NCBI GenBank assembly: GCA_018971685.1
Contig: JAGXAG010000003.1
Location: 24,366 to 88,365 of the forward strand
Length of the DNA: 64,000 bases
DNA from: Patescibacteria group bacterium
GTDB taxonomy: Bacteria > Patescibacteriota > Minisyncoccia > Phycocordibacterales > PALSA-1337
Direction of reading: 5' to 3'
The notes under the pieces were generated by a model, which saw only the letters and a program-made list of their open reading frames with translations, made no database searches and had not been told where the DNA came from. Of this stretch, positions 50,458 to 60,377 are shown in pieces. Made by a program: the position numbers and the translations under genes. The first letter of the stretch is position 1; every line of letters begins with the position of its first letter.

Positions 50458-50904
50458 TCAGTGATATCCGTAGCAATTTCCAATTGGGGATCCTCCACCC
50501 GAATAAACGGGCGGCGCACAGCTGTACCCGTACGGGCCACTGACCCCCACACTTCCGGAGTACCCGTATCCGCCGACAGGGTAACCGTATCCGAATCCGA
50601 CAGCACCATATCCACCGTAATACCCGCCGCCCGACCAGTAGGTCGAGTTCGCCGGGATCGGCTGGATGGTGTGAGACTCGGTCCCCACTGCCACCTCGCT
50701 GTCGTAATGCCGTTGGTACCCTTGAGTCCCCACGAGGGCGAACCCTCGCGAACGGTCTGTGTAGGTGGAATGATCCACCACCGTCCCGTTCGCGTACCGC
50801 ACAATGTCGTTTTTCTTTTCAATGGCATTGTGCTGGTAGGTGGCACAGCCCGTGCCACCGAACACAACCGTAGCGAGGCAAACCGACGAAACCAAATTTT
50901 TCAT
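50458..50904 (-). CDS. secreted Gly/Tyr-rich low-complexity protein
   Basis: Signal peptide MKNLVSSVCLATVVFGGTGC, then a globular segment and GGGYYGGYGAVGFGYGYPVGGYGYSGSVGVSGPYGY. The track start is TTG 51024. ATG 50904 is preferred. Confidence 0.5.
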   Translation of the reverse strand: MKNLVSSVCLATVVFGGTGCATYQHNAIEKKNDIVRYANGTVVDHSTYTDRSRGFALVGTQGYQRHYDSEVAVGTESHTIQPIPANSTYWSGGGYYGGYGAVGFGYGYPVGGYGYSGSVGVSGPYGYSCAPPVYSGGGSPIGNCYGYH

Positions 50905-51185
50905 ACTACAGTTCTCCGATTTCTCCACTGAAGCCGTCTCGAGACAATCCCGAGACTTTTTGAATAGGTTAAACAACCTCAGTGAAGTTCGCTCATAGTA
51001 TATCACAATTATTGTAATTGTCAAATTTGGAGTTATCCACAGCTCTCCTTGTGGTGTGGATAGTCAATGATGTTGTATTATACCCATTAAGTGGGACAGA
51101 GTGGGAGAGGGGCGGAAAACACATTCGTTAAGCGTTTGATGAAAAATCCGCGCACTCATATCACCACTACTCCCGCAAAAGTTTT

Positions 51186-51629
51186 ATGCTCATCGGCGAA
51201 TTCAGGCATACTATCGACGGCAAAAATCGCCTATCCCTTCCCGCCAAATTTCGGCAGGAAATGGGGAACAAGGTGATTTTGACGGGCGGACTCGATAACT
51301 GCTTGTTCGTTTACACGACGGACAGCTGGGAACGAATCACCGCGCGTTTGTCCGGACCAGAATCGTCGATGTTGCAGGCGGACAATCGAAGCTTCAACCG
51401 CTACCTCCTCGGAGGGGCGGTTGAAGCCGAGGTTGACAGTGCCGGCCGCATCCTCGTTCCTCAATATTTGCGTGAACGAGGTAAGCTCGAAAAGGGCAAA
51501 GTTGTCATCGTCGGCGTACGCGACCGCGCTGAAATTTGGGACGAAGATCGTTGGAACGAGTATCGCAAGGGCGTTGAACAGCGCGCTGATGCGCTCGCCG
51601 AGAAGCTGGGGCAGGCCGGCGTCATCTAA
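51186..51629 (+). CDS. mraZ: transcriptional regulator MraZ
   Basis: Duplicated MraZ (SpoVT/AbrB-like) modules (IDGKNRLSLPAKFR, VDSAGRILVPQYLR) at the head of a dcw cluster. Confidence 0.85.
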   Translation: MLIGEFRHTIDGKNRLSLPAKFRQEMGNKVILTGGLDNCLFVYTTDSWERITARLSGPESSMLQADNRSFNRYLLGGAVEAEVDSAGRILVPQYLRERGKLEKGKVVIVGVRDRAEIWDEDRWNEYRKGVEQRADALAEKLGQAGVI

Positions 51630-51633
51630 CCAG

Positions 51634-52563
51634 ATGCCAAACCACGCCCAAAGCATTCATAAGCCAGTTCTTTTACATGAAGTAGTTGATTACTTATTTC
51701 TGCGGGGAGGCAAAGGCGGGAAGGTACCGCGTGTTTATCTGGACGGCACCATCGGCGGTTGCGGCCACGCCCTCGCGCTTGCCGAAGCTCTTGGAGGCAA
51801 ATTGACCATAATCGGCCTCGACCGAGATCGTCAGGCGATCGAAAGCGCCCGTGAGAAGCTGGCCGGCAAAGCGGAGCGGCTGATATTGGAACACAAAAAC
51901 TTCCGCAATCTCGACGAAGTATTGTCCAAGCATGGTATTGATGGCGTCGACATCGTATTGTTCGATCTGGGCATGTCATCAGACCAGCTTGAAAATTCCG
52001 GCCGAGGATTTTCATTCCAAAGAGACGAACCGCTTCTCATGACTATGGGCGATCCGGCCGAATATCCGTTCACCGCGAAAGATCTGGTCAACAGCTGGAA
52101 AGAAGAAGACATCGCCAATGTTATATTCGGGTACGGCGGAGAGAGATTTGCCACAAAGATAGCCCGAGCGATCGTCCGTTATCGGGAGATGAGAACTATC
52201 GATACTTCCAGCGAACTGGCTGAGATCGTGAAAGGAGCCGTACCGGCGTTTTATCGGCGAGGCAGACTGCACCCGGCCACCAAAACATTCCAGGCCGTTA
52301 GGATAGCGGTGAATGACGAGTTGAATGCCTTGAAAGAAGGATTGCGTAAGGGTTGGGCCGTACTGGCCAAAGGCGGCAGGATGGCGATCATATCATTCCA
52401 CTCTCATGAAGACAGAGTAGTCAAAGAATTTTTCAGGGAGCATGGCAGGATAGACGGTTTGATCATTACCAAGAAGCCGATCAGGCCAGGCGCGGGTGAG
52501 ATCGAGGATAATTCGCGCGCCCGAAGTGCCAAACTCAGAATTTCCGAAAAACGTGTCGTATGA
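51634..52563 (+). CDS. rsmH: 16S rRNA (cytosine1402-N4)-methyltransferase RsmH (MraW)
   Basis: HKPVLLHEVVDYL, DGTIGGCGHA and FDLGMSSDQL. ATG 51634 lies 5 nt after the mraZ stop. The track ORF from 51421 overlaps mraZ. Confidence 0.85.
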   Translation: MPNHAQSIHKPVLLHEVVDYLFLRGGKGGKVPRVYLDGTIGGCGHALALAEALGGKLTIIGLDRDRQAIESAREKLAGKAERLILEHKNFRNLDEVLSKHGIDGVDIVLFDLGMSSDQLENSGRGFSFQRDEPLLMTMGDPAEYPFTAKDLVNSWKEEDIANVIFGYGGERFATKIARAIVRYREMRTIDTSSELAEIVKGAVPAFYRRGRLHPATKTFQAVRIAVNDELNALKEGLRKGWAVLAKGGRMAIISFHSHEDRVVKEFFREHGRIDGLIITKKPIRPGAGEIEDNSRARSAKLRISEKRVV

Positions 52564-52601
52564 ATATGTGAATAATTTTTAAATTTAATCTTGTACTCAC
52601 C

Positions 52602-52919
52602 ATGACCAAAGCTATAGCAAATACTGTTTATCTAACCAATGAATACCGCGCGCTTATCGCACGCATTTTGACAGGAGGATGTCTTTTGGCTGTCCTTGTC
52701 TACGGTTTGAATATTTACGCCGCCATTTCGGATGCTGTAGCCCTGGAGAAGGTAGAAAATGAAACTGCAATTGTTGAAAACAAAGTGCAGGCGCTGGACA
52801 CGAATTATATAGCCCTTTCGGGCAAAATCACGCCGGACATGGCGAAAAGTTACGGTCTTACCCAGACGGCAACAGCTGAATACATAAACCGAAACGGCGC
52901 ACTTTCCGTGGCCCGATGA
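52602..52919 (+). CDS. ftsL: cell division protein FtsL-like
   Basis: 105 aa with one TM (GGCLLAVLVYGLNIYAAI) and a coiled-coil, in the canonical position between rsmH and ftsI. Confidence 0.55.
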   Translation: MTKAIANTVYLTNEYRALIARILTGGCLLAVLVYGLNIYAAISDAVALEKVENETAIVENKVQALDTNYIALSGKITPDMAKSYGLTQTATAEYINRNGALSVAR

Positions 52920-54637
52920 ACCAATCACAAAAGACAAGACTCAGGATAGTATTTGCCGGCATAGCATTGTCCGCCGTGGCGTTGGCGGCGTCTTTGTACT
53001 CGACGCAAATCATTCACGGCGCCGGATATGCCGCCAAAGCGGATAAACAATATTCCAGACCGGCTACCACGCTATTTGACCGCGGCACGATATACTTTCA
53101 GCTGAAAGACGGCACAAAAATCGCCGCGGCCACGGTAGAGCGGGGATATTTGGCATATATGAATCCAAAACTGATCAACGATCCGACGACGACTTACGAA
53201 GTGGTCTCCCAGTTCTTGCAAGTAGATAAAAAAAGATTTTTAGATTTAGCGGCCAATAAAAACGACTCGTATGAGGAGTTGGCTGGCGGATTAAAGAGTG
53301 CCGTGGGACAATCGATCGCCGCTTTGAATTTGCCGGGCATAGGCGTGGTGCCGGAATCGTGGCGATTTTATCCCGGCGATTCGCTGGCGGCGCATGTTTT
53401 GGGATTGGTAGGTGAAGACGCAAGTTCGTCGGCGATAACGGGCAAATACGGTCTGGAAAGATTTTACCAAAACACACTTGGGCGCGAAGGCGGTTTCGGT
53501 TCCGGCGCCGATATATTTGCGGAGCTTTTTTCCGGCGTGAAAGATACGGTTTTCGGCGGCAGAGCTGATGAAGGAGACATCGTGACTACCATCGATCCGG
53601 CGGTTGAAACTTATCTGGAGAAAGTCCTTTCGGATACTGAGGCAAAATGGCATCCCGATACTATAGGTGGTATTGTTATGAACCCCGAAAACGGGGAGAT
53701 CGTAGCGATGGCTTCACATCCGTCATTCAATCCGAACAAACTATCGTCGCTAAAGTCGAGCGCCGTTTTATCTGACCCATTGGTTGAGAATGTATACGAG
53801 ATGGGCTCCATAATGAAGCCGATAACCATGTCGTCGGCTCTCGATGCTGGAGCAGTTGGGCCGGATTCGACTTATGACGATACAGGCTGTCTCAAAATCG
53901 CCGGTTATAATGTATGCAATTACGATCTGAGAGCCAGAGGTCCAGGCACGACCATGCAGACTATATTGTCGCAATCGCTCAATGTGGGCGCCGCCACCAT
54001 AGCAATGAAGATGGGTTCGACCACCATGTATGATTATTTCAAAAGATTCGGGCTCTTTGGCAAGAGCGGCATAGATTTGCCGAACGAGGGTATGCCCATA
54101 ACCGGCAACTTGAAGCATGGTGCGGATATAGATATAGTCACGGCCGCTTTTGGCCAGGGTATAGCGGTATCGCCGGTACAAATGGCCAGAGCCCTCTCGG
54201 TCATAGCCAACGGTGGCTATTTGGTAACGCCGCATTTGGTCAAGGAGATCGACTATAATGACGGCAAGACGAAGGAAGTAAACCCGCCGCGCATAGGCCC
54301 GGTTATATCGCCCAAAACAGCCAATGAGGTGCAGACCATGTTGGTCAATGTAGTTGACAAGGCATTTGCACCTGGCACCATCGCTAAGAATCATTATTCT
54401 CAAGGTGCCAAGACGGGCACTGCCCAAATAGCGGATCCTACGAACGGTGGCTATTACCCCAACCGCTACTTGCACTCTTTCTTTGGATTTTTTCCGGCCT
54501 ACAATGCCAAATTTTTGATTTTCCTGTACCAAGTGTATCCGAAGGGCGCCGAATATGCCTCACAAACTTTGACTGCGGCATATACCGAATTGGCCAGTTT
54601 CCTGATAAACTACTACAACATCGCGCCGGATCGATAG
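52916..54637 (+). CDS. ftsI: penicillin-binding protein 2/3-type transpeptidase (FtsI-like)
   Basis: N-terminal TM, PBP dimerisation domain, SxxK (GSIMKPIT), SxN and KTG (AKTGTAQ) motifs. Confidence 0.85.
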   Translation: MNQSQKTRLRIVFAGIALSAVALAASLYSTQIIHGAGYAAKADKQYSRPATTLFDRGTIYFQLKDGTKIAAATVERGYLAYMNPKLINDPTTTYEVVSQFLQVDKKRFLDLAANKNDSYEELAGGLKSAVGQSIAALNLPGIGVVPESWRFYPGDSLAAHVLGLVGEDASSSAITGKYGLERFYQNTLGREGGFGSGADIFAELFSGVKDTVFGGRADEGDIVTTIDPAVETYLEKVLSDTEAKWHPDTIGGIVMNPENGEIVAMASHPSFNPNKLSSLKSSAVLSDPLVENVYEMGSIMKPITMSSALDAGAVGPDSTYDDTGCLKIAGYNVCNYDLRARGPGTTMQTILSQSLNVGAATIAMKMGSTTMYDYFKRFGLFGKSGIDLPNEGMPITGNLKHGADIDIVTAAFGQGIAVSPVQMARALSVIANGGYLVTPHLVKEIDYNDGKTKEVNPPRIGPVISPKTANEVQTMLVNVVDKAFAPGTIAKNHYSQGAKTGTAQIADPTNGGYYPNRYLHSFFGFFPAYNAKFLIFLYQVYPKGAEYASQTLTAAYTELASFLINYYNIAPDR

Positions 54638-54651
54638 CATCGTGCCAATCC

Positions 54652-55944
54652 ATGAACTCAATCAAAAAAATCGTCGTCCAGATGCTGACTCTCGAATCAC
54701 GGCTGATTCTGGCCAAATACAAGCCGTTTATCGTGGCGGTTACCGGCAGTGTCGGCAAAACTTCGACGAAAGACGCTGTTTATGCTGTCTTGAAAAATAA
54801 ATATAATTTTGCCAGAAAAAGCGAGAAAAGCTTGAACAGTGAAATCGGTTTGCCGCTTACGGTGATCGGGGCGCCGAATGCATGGCACAGTATGTCCGGC
54901 TGGATTAGCAATATCATACAGGGGTTCGTACTTATGGTCGTCAAAAAGGATTACCCCAACTGTCTGGTTTTGGAGGTCGGAGCGGATCACCCAGGTGACA
55001 TACGAAAAGCCGCGAAATGGCTGAAGCCGGATATCGCAGTCATCACCAAAATCAGCAAGACTCCGGTGCATGTCGAATTTTTCGATTCGCCGGAACAAGT
55101 ATTCGAGGAAAAAATGGCGTTAGCGAAGGCGGTCAAAGATGGCGGCTCGGTTGTTTTGTTCGCGGACGACGAAAGAATGGCAGCTTATCCCCGTTGGAGC
55201 AATTCATCGGTCCTGACTTTTGGAGAGAATAAAGGCGCGAGTGTGAGGGGATTTGATTATGAGGTTTACGGGGTGAATGAAGGATTGTCTTTCAAGATAA
55301 ATTTTGACGGCAGGGTTGAGACGGTCAAGTTGAAAGGTGCTATCGGCAGACAGCAAATGTACCCCCTGTTGGCGGCCGCGGCGGTGGGGAAGGCGAAAGG
55401 GTTGTCTGTCGACGAGATATTGAGGGGGTTGTATGATTACGAACCGGCGCCGGGCAGGATGAGGATTTTGGAAGGCGTGAACGGTTCGACTGTAATAGAC
55501 GACTCGTATAATTCTTCGCCGGACGCGGCGTTTTCGGCGCTTATGTCTCTGAAGGACGCTAAGTGTGGTGGTAGGCGCATAGCTGTCCTGGGCGATATGA
55601 TGGAATTGGGCAAATATTCCGGCGAAGAACATCGCAAGCTCGGCCGCGAGGCGGTTGGATGTGTCGATATTTTGGTAACTATCGGTCCGCGTGCCCGCGC
55701 CGTGGCGGAAGAAGCTCTCAAGGGTGGCATGGCGCCGGTGTCGGTGAAGCAGTTTGATTCCTCTGTTTCAGCGGCGCCGTTCGTCTCGGCGCTCGCGGGC
55801 GCCGGCGATGTCATTCTGGTCAAAGGTTCCCAGGCGCCGCGACTGGAATATGTGACCAAGGCTCTCTTGAAAAACCACGAGAAAGCGGCTAAACTGCTTG
55901 TGCGGCAAGAAGCCGAATGGTTGAAACGGGGCCCTATCGTCTAG
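54652..55944 (+). CDS. murF: UDP-N-acetylmuramoyl-tripeptide--D-alanyl-D-alanine ligase (MurF), short form
   Basis: Mur ligase P-loop VAVTGSVGKTSTK and DDSYNSSPDA, in the dcw position after ftsI. Its last about 15 nt overlap the following tRNA-Glu. Confidence 0.8.
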   Translation: MNSIKKIVVQMLTLESRLILAKYKPFIVAVTGSVGKTSTKDAVYAVLKNKYNFARKSEKSLNSEIGLPLTVIGAPNAWHSMSGWISNIIQGFVLMVVKKDYPNCLVLEVGADHPGDIRKAAKWLKPDIAVITKISKTPVHVEFFDSPEQVFEEKMALAKAVKDGGSVVLFADDERMAAYPRWSNSSVLTFGENKGASVRGFDYEVYGVNEGLSFKINFDGRVETVKLKGAIGRQQMYPLLAAAAVGKAKGLSVDEILRGLYDYEPAPGRMRILEGVNGSTVIDDSYNSSPDAAFSALMSLKDAKCGGRRIAVLGDMMELGKYSGEEHRKLGREAVGCVDILVTIGPRARAVAEEALKGGMAPVSVKQFDSSVSAAPFVSALAGAGDVILVKGSQAPRLEYVTKALLKNHEKAAKLLVRQEAEWLKRGPIV

Positions 55945-56007
55945 CCTGGTCCAGGACGGAGGCTTTTCAAGCCTTAAACCCGGGTTCGAATCCCGGTAGG
56001 GTCACCA
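55930..56007 (+). tRNA. tRNA-Glu (anticodon TTC)
   Basis: Hand-folded. Acceptor GGCCCTA/TAGGGTC, D stem GTCT/GGAC, anticodon stem GAGGC/GCCTT with loop TTTTCAA, T stem CCGGG/CCCGG with loop TTCGAAT, and an encoded CCA. Its 5' half resembles canonical bacterial tRNA-Glu. Confidence 0.8.
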
Positions 56008-56097
56008 ATGATATGTAGCCCGTTTAGTAGACACAAGAGATCTGCGTTCACCGTTTCAGAGTATTATATGTCTAAATACCAACAGAGTGAGAAATGA

Positions 56098-56463
56098 GTG
56101 ACCTTACTCGAACAACCGCGTGGCGTTTTGAGTTATAATATAACCATATCCATGAACAAAAACAATATCATCAAATATGCGCTGGCAAATGCTTTGTGGA
56201 CGGCACTGTATGTAATATTGATAGGCGTTTTCTTGAATAATGCTCCACTTATTTTCGGTCGGCAACCGGGCATTGTGGCGCCCATAGTGATACTCCTACT
56301 TTTCGTATTGTCGGCGGTAGTTTGCGGAGCTTTATTCTTGGGCAAGCCGATCCTGTGGTATTTGGAAGGCAACAAGAGGGAGGCGCTATCGCTTTTCGGC
56401 TACACGCTTCTTGTTTTCTTTGTGGTGACGGTGTTGGTATTGATTTCTCTGGCGATATTTTGA
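56098..56463 (+). CDS. hypothetical 3-TM membrane protein
   Basis: 121-aa ORF. The likely start is ATG 56152 (MNKNNIIKY). Three hydrophobic helices. Confidence 0.4.
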   Translation: MTLLEQPRGVLSYNITISMNKNNIIKYALANALWTALYVILIGVFLNNAPLIFGRQPGIVAPIVILLLFVLSAVVCGALFLGKPILWYLEGNKREALSLFGYTLLVFFVVTVLVLISLAIF

Positions 56464-56495
56464 AACATTAACGGACTAATCGATAGAAAATAATC

Positions 56496-56981
56496 ATGCC
56501 GGCATCAAATCCAAGGAAAAAAATAATACTGGCGGCTGATCACGCCGGTTTTGCGCTCAAAGAGGCCGTTAAAAAATTCCTGCAAGAAAAGGATTATGAA
56601 ATAGAGGATGTCGGCGCGCGTGAATACAAAGAGGACGACGATTATCCGGAATACATGGCCAAAGCGGCTGTCAAGATCGCTTATGACCAGACCGGCAAGA
56701 CCAAAGCGGTAATTTTCGGCAAATCGGGCCAGGGTGAAGCCATGGTCGCCAATCGATTTCCCGGCGTGAGAGCAGCCGTGTGGTATGGCGGGCCGGAAGA
56801 ATCTTCGGGCAAAATATTGAGATTGTCGCGAGAACACAATGATGCCAATATGCTTGCGGTCGGTGCGGATTTTGTGAATGAAAACCAAACGGAAGAGGCG
56901 GTTGAGTCATGGTTGAATACCGCATTTTCCGGAGAAGAAAGACATTTTCGGAGAATTGAAGAAATGGATTCGTTGGAATAA
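56496..56981 (+). CDS. rpiB: ribose-5-phosphate isomerase B
   Basis: KIILAADHAGFALKE and the RpiB/LacAB fold pattern. 161 aa. Confidence 0.85.
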   Translation: MPASNPRKKIILAADHAGFALKEAVKKFLQEKDYEIEDVGAREYKEDDDYPEYMAKAAVKIAYDQTGKTKAVIFGKSGQGEAMVANRFPGVRAAVWYGGPEESSGKILRLSREHNDANMLAVGADFVNENQTEEAVESWLNTAFSGEERHFRRIEEMDSLE

Positions 56982-57009
56982 TGCCGAGGTCCGGTATCGA
57001 CAGATTAAA

Positions 57010-57720
57010 ATGCCAAAAGAAATCGAAATAATTCCCGCAATATTGCCGCAAGACTACGACGAAATCGCCGACAAGGTCTCGCGGGTAAGCGGGCTTACAA
57101 AGACGGTACAAGTCGATGTTTGCGACGGACATTTCGTGCCGTCGTTTTCTTGGCCGTACAAAGGCGATCACGGCGAATTCGAAAAGTTGGCGCGTGAGGA
57201 GGAAGGACTGCCTGATTGGGAAAAGATCAATTACGAATTCGATTTGATGGTCGACAGGCCCGAAGAAGTCGTCGATGGCTGGGTCGGAGCGGGCGCGGCG
57301 AGGATTGTTTTGCACGCCGAAGCGAAAGGCGATCTGGGGAAAGCGATCGAAATGTTGAATGGCCTCGTGGAAGTAGGCATGGCGCTCAATATCGATACGC
57401 CGATAAGTGCTGTAGGTGATCCGAAATTCAAGGTAAAAGAAGGCAGTCTACAGTTTATCCAACTTATGGGCATAGACCGCGTCGGTTTCCAGGGTCAAGA
57501 ATTTGATGCGCGCGCCATCGACAAGATAAAAGAGATAAAAAAGATGTGCCCGGACTATCCGGTCTCCGTCGACGGCGGCGTCTCGCTCGAAAACGCGCGT
57601 CGGCTGATCGACGCCGGCGCGGACAGGCTGGTCATCGGTTCGGCGATATTCGAATCCGGCGATGTGATGAAAGTGATGCGTGAATTAAGGTCGGACCTTG
57701 GAAACCATGTTATTAACTGA
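57010..57720 (+). CDS. rpe: ribulose-phosphate 3-epimerase
   Basis: IIPAILPQDY, VDVCDGHFVPS and a TIM-barrel pattern. The track start is TTG 56956. ATG 57010 is preferred. Confidence 0.8.
   Translation: MPKEIEIIPAILPQDYDEIADKVSRVSGLTKTVQVDVCDGHFVPSFSWPYKGDHGEFEKLAREEEGLPDWEKINYEFDLMVDRPEEVVDGWVGAGAARIVLHAEAKGDLGKAIEMLNGLVEVGMALNIDTPISAVGDPKFKVKEGSLQFIQLMGIDRVGFQGQEFDARAIDKIKEIKKMCPDYPVSVDGGVSLENARRLIDAGADRLVIGSAIFESGDVMKVMRELRSDLGNHVIN
57685..57701. repeat. GGTCGGACC-core hairpin motif copy (TTAAGGT-CGG-ACCTTGG) at the rpe/tkt junction
   Basis: Read directly. It lies inside the last codons of rpe and immediately 5' of the tkt ATG (57707). Confidence 0.45.
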
Positions 57721-58552
57721 GGAAAAAGTAAAATTCTTGGAGAAAAAAGCCGCGGAAATACGGCGCTCGATTATCGATATGCTGATTGAAGCGAAATCAG
57801 GCCATACCGCCGGCTCGCTCGGCATGGCTGATATTTTCACATACTTGTATTTCCACGCGCTCAAGCATGACCCCAAAAACCACAATTGGCCGTACAGAGA
57901 TCGTCTGGTGCTTTCCAACGGTCATATTTGCCCGGCTCTTTATGCCGCTATGGCTCACGCTGGTTATTTTCCCGTGGAGGAACTTAATGAATTACGCAAG
58001 CTCGGCAGTCCGCTTCAAGGCCATCCGCACCGAGAATGGCTGAAAGGGCTTGAGACTTCTTCCGGGCCGCTTGGATCGGGACTTTCGCAGGCGGTGGGCA
58101 TGGCGCTTTCCGACAGGATGGATAACGGCAAGTCGTCTGGCAGACAATTCTTTTGCCTATTAAGCGACGGTGAGCTTGATGAGGGCAATTCATGGGAAGG
58201 AGCGATGCTGGCCGGCAAAGAGAAATTGCAAAACCTGACGGTTATAGTTGACCGGAATAATATTCAGATAAGCGGATTTACGGAAGATGTCATGCCGTTG
58301 AATCCATTGGTCGACAAATGGCGCGCTTGGAATTGGCATGTACAGGAAGTCGACGGTCACAATTTCGCCGATATTGACCGTGCCGTGAATGAAGCACGCG
58401 CGGTTTTCGACAAACCGTCGGTTATTATTGCTTATACCATTTCCTCGAAAGGAATTCCGGAATTCGAGCGCAAATATGAATGGCATGGTAAGGCGCCGAC
58501 GACAAAGGAGGAAATAGAAACTGCTTTATCAGCATTTAATAAAATATCATGA
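57707..58552 (+). CDS. tkt: transketolase, N-terminal subunit (split form)
   Basis: TPP-binding GHTAGSLGMADI, GDGELDEGNSWE and NIQISG. The track start is TTG 57698. Confidence 0.85.
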   Translation: MLLTEEKVKFLEKKAAEIRRSIIDMLIEAKSGHTAGSLGMADIFTYLYFHALKHDPKNHNWPYRDRLVLSNGHICPALYAAMAHAGYFPVEELNELRKLGSPLQGHPHREWLKGLETSSGPLGSGLSQAVGMALSDRMDNGKSSGRQFFCLLSDGELDEGNSWEGAMLAGKEKLQNLTVIVDRNNIQISGFTEDVMPLNPLVDKWRAWNWHVQEVDGHNFADIDRAVNEARAVFDKPSVIIAYTISSKGIPEFERKYEWHGKAPTTKEEIETALSAFNKIS

Positions 58553-58779
58553 ATTATAATTCATTATTTTTCATTTTTGCAATACTCATATTTCTAATGT
58601 CGGCATTTGACCAAATAAGGGGGCGTACTAGTGATTTGGTATCAGGTTCTTTCCGTCCTAGATTAATAAGATATGTTTATGTAAATAAAAACGATAATCC
58701 AACTGCTTTCTGGGTGTCGCAAATACTTAAGATTGTTGCTGCCGTTGTTTTTTTGTGTATAGGAATTTTATTGAAATAA
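58549..58779 (+). CDS. hypothetical small 2-TM membrane protein encoded in an AT-rich insert between the transketolase halves
   Basis: 76-aa ORF. The local GC content is far below that of the flanking tkt genes. Confidence 0.4.
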   Translation: MNYNSLFFIFAILIFLMSAFDQIRGRTSDLVSGSFRPRLIRYVYVNKNDNPTAFWVSQILKIVAAVVFLCIGILLK

Positions 58780-58805
58780 TAATTGCATCACAGTCATATT
58801 AATAT

Positions 58806-59828
58806 ATGATAAAATCTGAACTAAATATAAATGATACTAAAAAAGTTTCTATACGCGACGGATTCGGGGACGGTTTACTGAATGCGGCTGAGAAAGACAA
58901 GAGAGTGGTCGCCTTGTGCGGAGATTTAGAAGAATCTGTGCGCATGGCCGAATTCAAGGAAAAATTTCCGGAAAGATTCATTGAGGTCGGTGTGGCGGAG
59001 CAGAACTTGGTGACGGTGGCCTCAGGCATGGCCGCCATGGGGAAAATACCTTTCGCTGGTTCATTCGCAATATTCAGCCCCGGCCGGAATTGGGAACAGA
59101 TACGGACGACCGTTTGCTACAACAATGTGCCGGTGAAAATCGTCGGCAGCCACGCAGGACTTTCGGCGGCGCTCGACGGAGGCAGCCATCAGGCGCTGGA
59201 AGATATCGCCCTCGCAAGGGTTTTGCCGAGAATGGTCGTGATTTCGCCGTGCGATGCCATTGAAGCCAAGAAGGCGACTATGGCCGCGGCGATGACGAAA
59301 GATCCGACTTACATACGATTGAATAGGAACGCCACGCCGGTGATGACTACCGAAGAAACGCCTTTTGAAATAGGGAAGGCGCAAGTAATTTTTAGGTCCA
59401 AAGATCAAATGACAAATGACAAATCAAATCCAAAGTTCAAAATAGGCAATCATTCTGGCGTTGGCATAATAGCGACCGGCGCGGTGTTGCATCAAGCACT
59501 GATAGTGGCGAAGAAATTGGACGGGGAAGGCAAGAGCGTGGCGGTCATGAACTTGTCGACGATCAAGCCGCTGGATGAGTATGCCGTCATAAAATTGGCG
59601 CACGAGACGGGCGCAATGGTCACAGTGGAAGAGCATCAGATAAATGGTGGCATGGGGAGCGCGGTCGCGGAATTGCTGGCACAACATTATCCGGTGCCGA
59701 TGGAATTCGTCGGCATCAGCGACAAATTCGGGCAAACGGGAAAATATGAAGAATTGCTCGAACTTTACGGTCTGGACGAAAAGAACATTTATTCGGCGGC
59801 GCAGAGGGTGATGTTGCGCCGGCAGTGA
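58806..59828 (+). CDS. tkt: transketolase, C-terminal subunit (split form)
   Basis: Pyrimidine-binding and C-terminal domains (GVAEQNLVTVASGMA, GSHAGLSAALDGGSHQALEDIA). Confidence 0.85.
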   Translation: MIKSELNINDTKKVSIRDGFGDGLLNAAEKDKRVVALCGDLEESVRMAEFKEKFPERFIEVGVAEQNLVTVASGMAAMGKIPFAGSFAIFSPGRNWEQIRTTVCYNNVPVKIVGSHAGLSAALDGGSHQALEDIALARVLPRMVVISPCDAIEAKKATMAAAMTKDPTYIRLNRNATPVMTTEETPFEIGKAQVIFRSKDQMTNDKSNPKFKIGNHSGVGIIATGAVLHQALIVAKKLDGEGKSVAVMNLSTIKPLDEYAVIKLAHETGAMVTVEEHQINGGMGSAVAELLAQHYPVPMEFVGISDKFGQTGKYEELLELYGLDEKNIYSAAQRVMLRRQ

Positions 59829-59849
59829 TTCCAAGGTCGGATCTTGGAG
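59829..59849. repeat. GGTCGGAYC-core hairpin motif copy (TTCCAAGGT-CGG-ATCTTGGAG)
   Basis: Read directly, starting 1 nt after the tkt-C stop. Confidence 0.45.
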
Positions 59850-60377
59850 ACTGTGCATAACCGATCTTGTGGTAATTTGGCGGTGTGTTAATATCAACCA
59901 TGATGAAATCAGTCATAATAAAGTCTAATCTATTTACGCTCTACGCCGTCTATGGCGATGGCGTTTGGAGCCGGTTTCTGTAATGAATCTCAAAAACGAT
60001 TGATCACAGAAACGGGTTCCAAACGCAAGAATGGAACCTGTTTCGCTCGTCCCGTCCAAAGGTGCGGATGGGAGTGGGAGCGGAAATTGAACATCAAAAC
60101 GCTATGCAAATCAACGCAAATCCACTTGCCGACGTAACGGCGGCTCCGTTTGGTTACTTGGGTCAGCCAATATCGGATCTGTACACCATATACAGGAACA
60201 AATACGGCATGGCCCCTGTTCTGCGACCATTGCCGGGTCAAAATGCCTGGACAAATACAGGCAAAGGAAGAGTGGCTGTCAGGTGGGTGAGAGGGTACTG
60301 GTTTTTGTTGAAACCAAAACTCCGATTGGCAGACAGATTCCCAGCGCTTAAAGGCGGAGGAGATTGAAAGGAAAACC

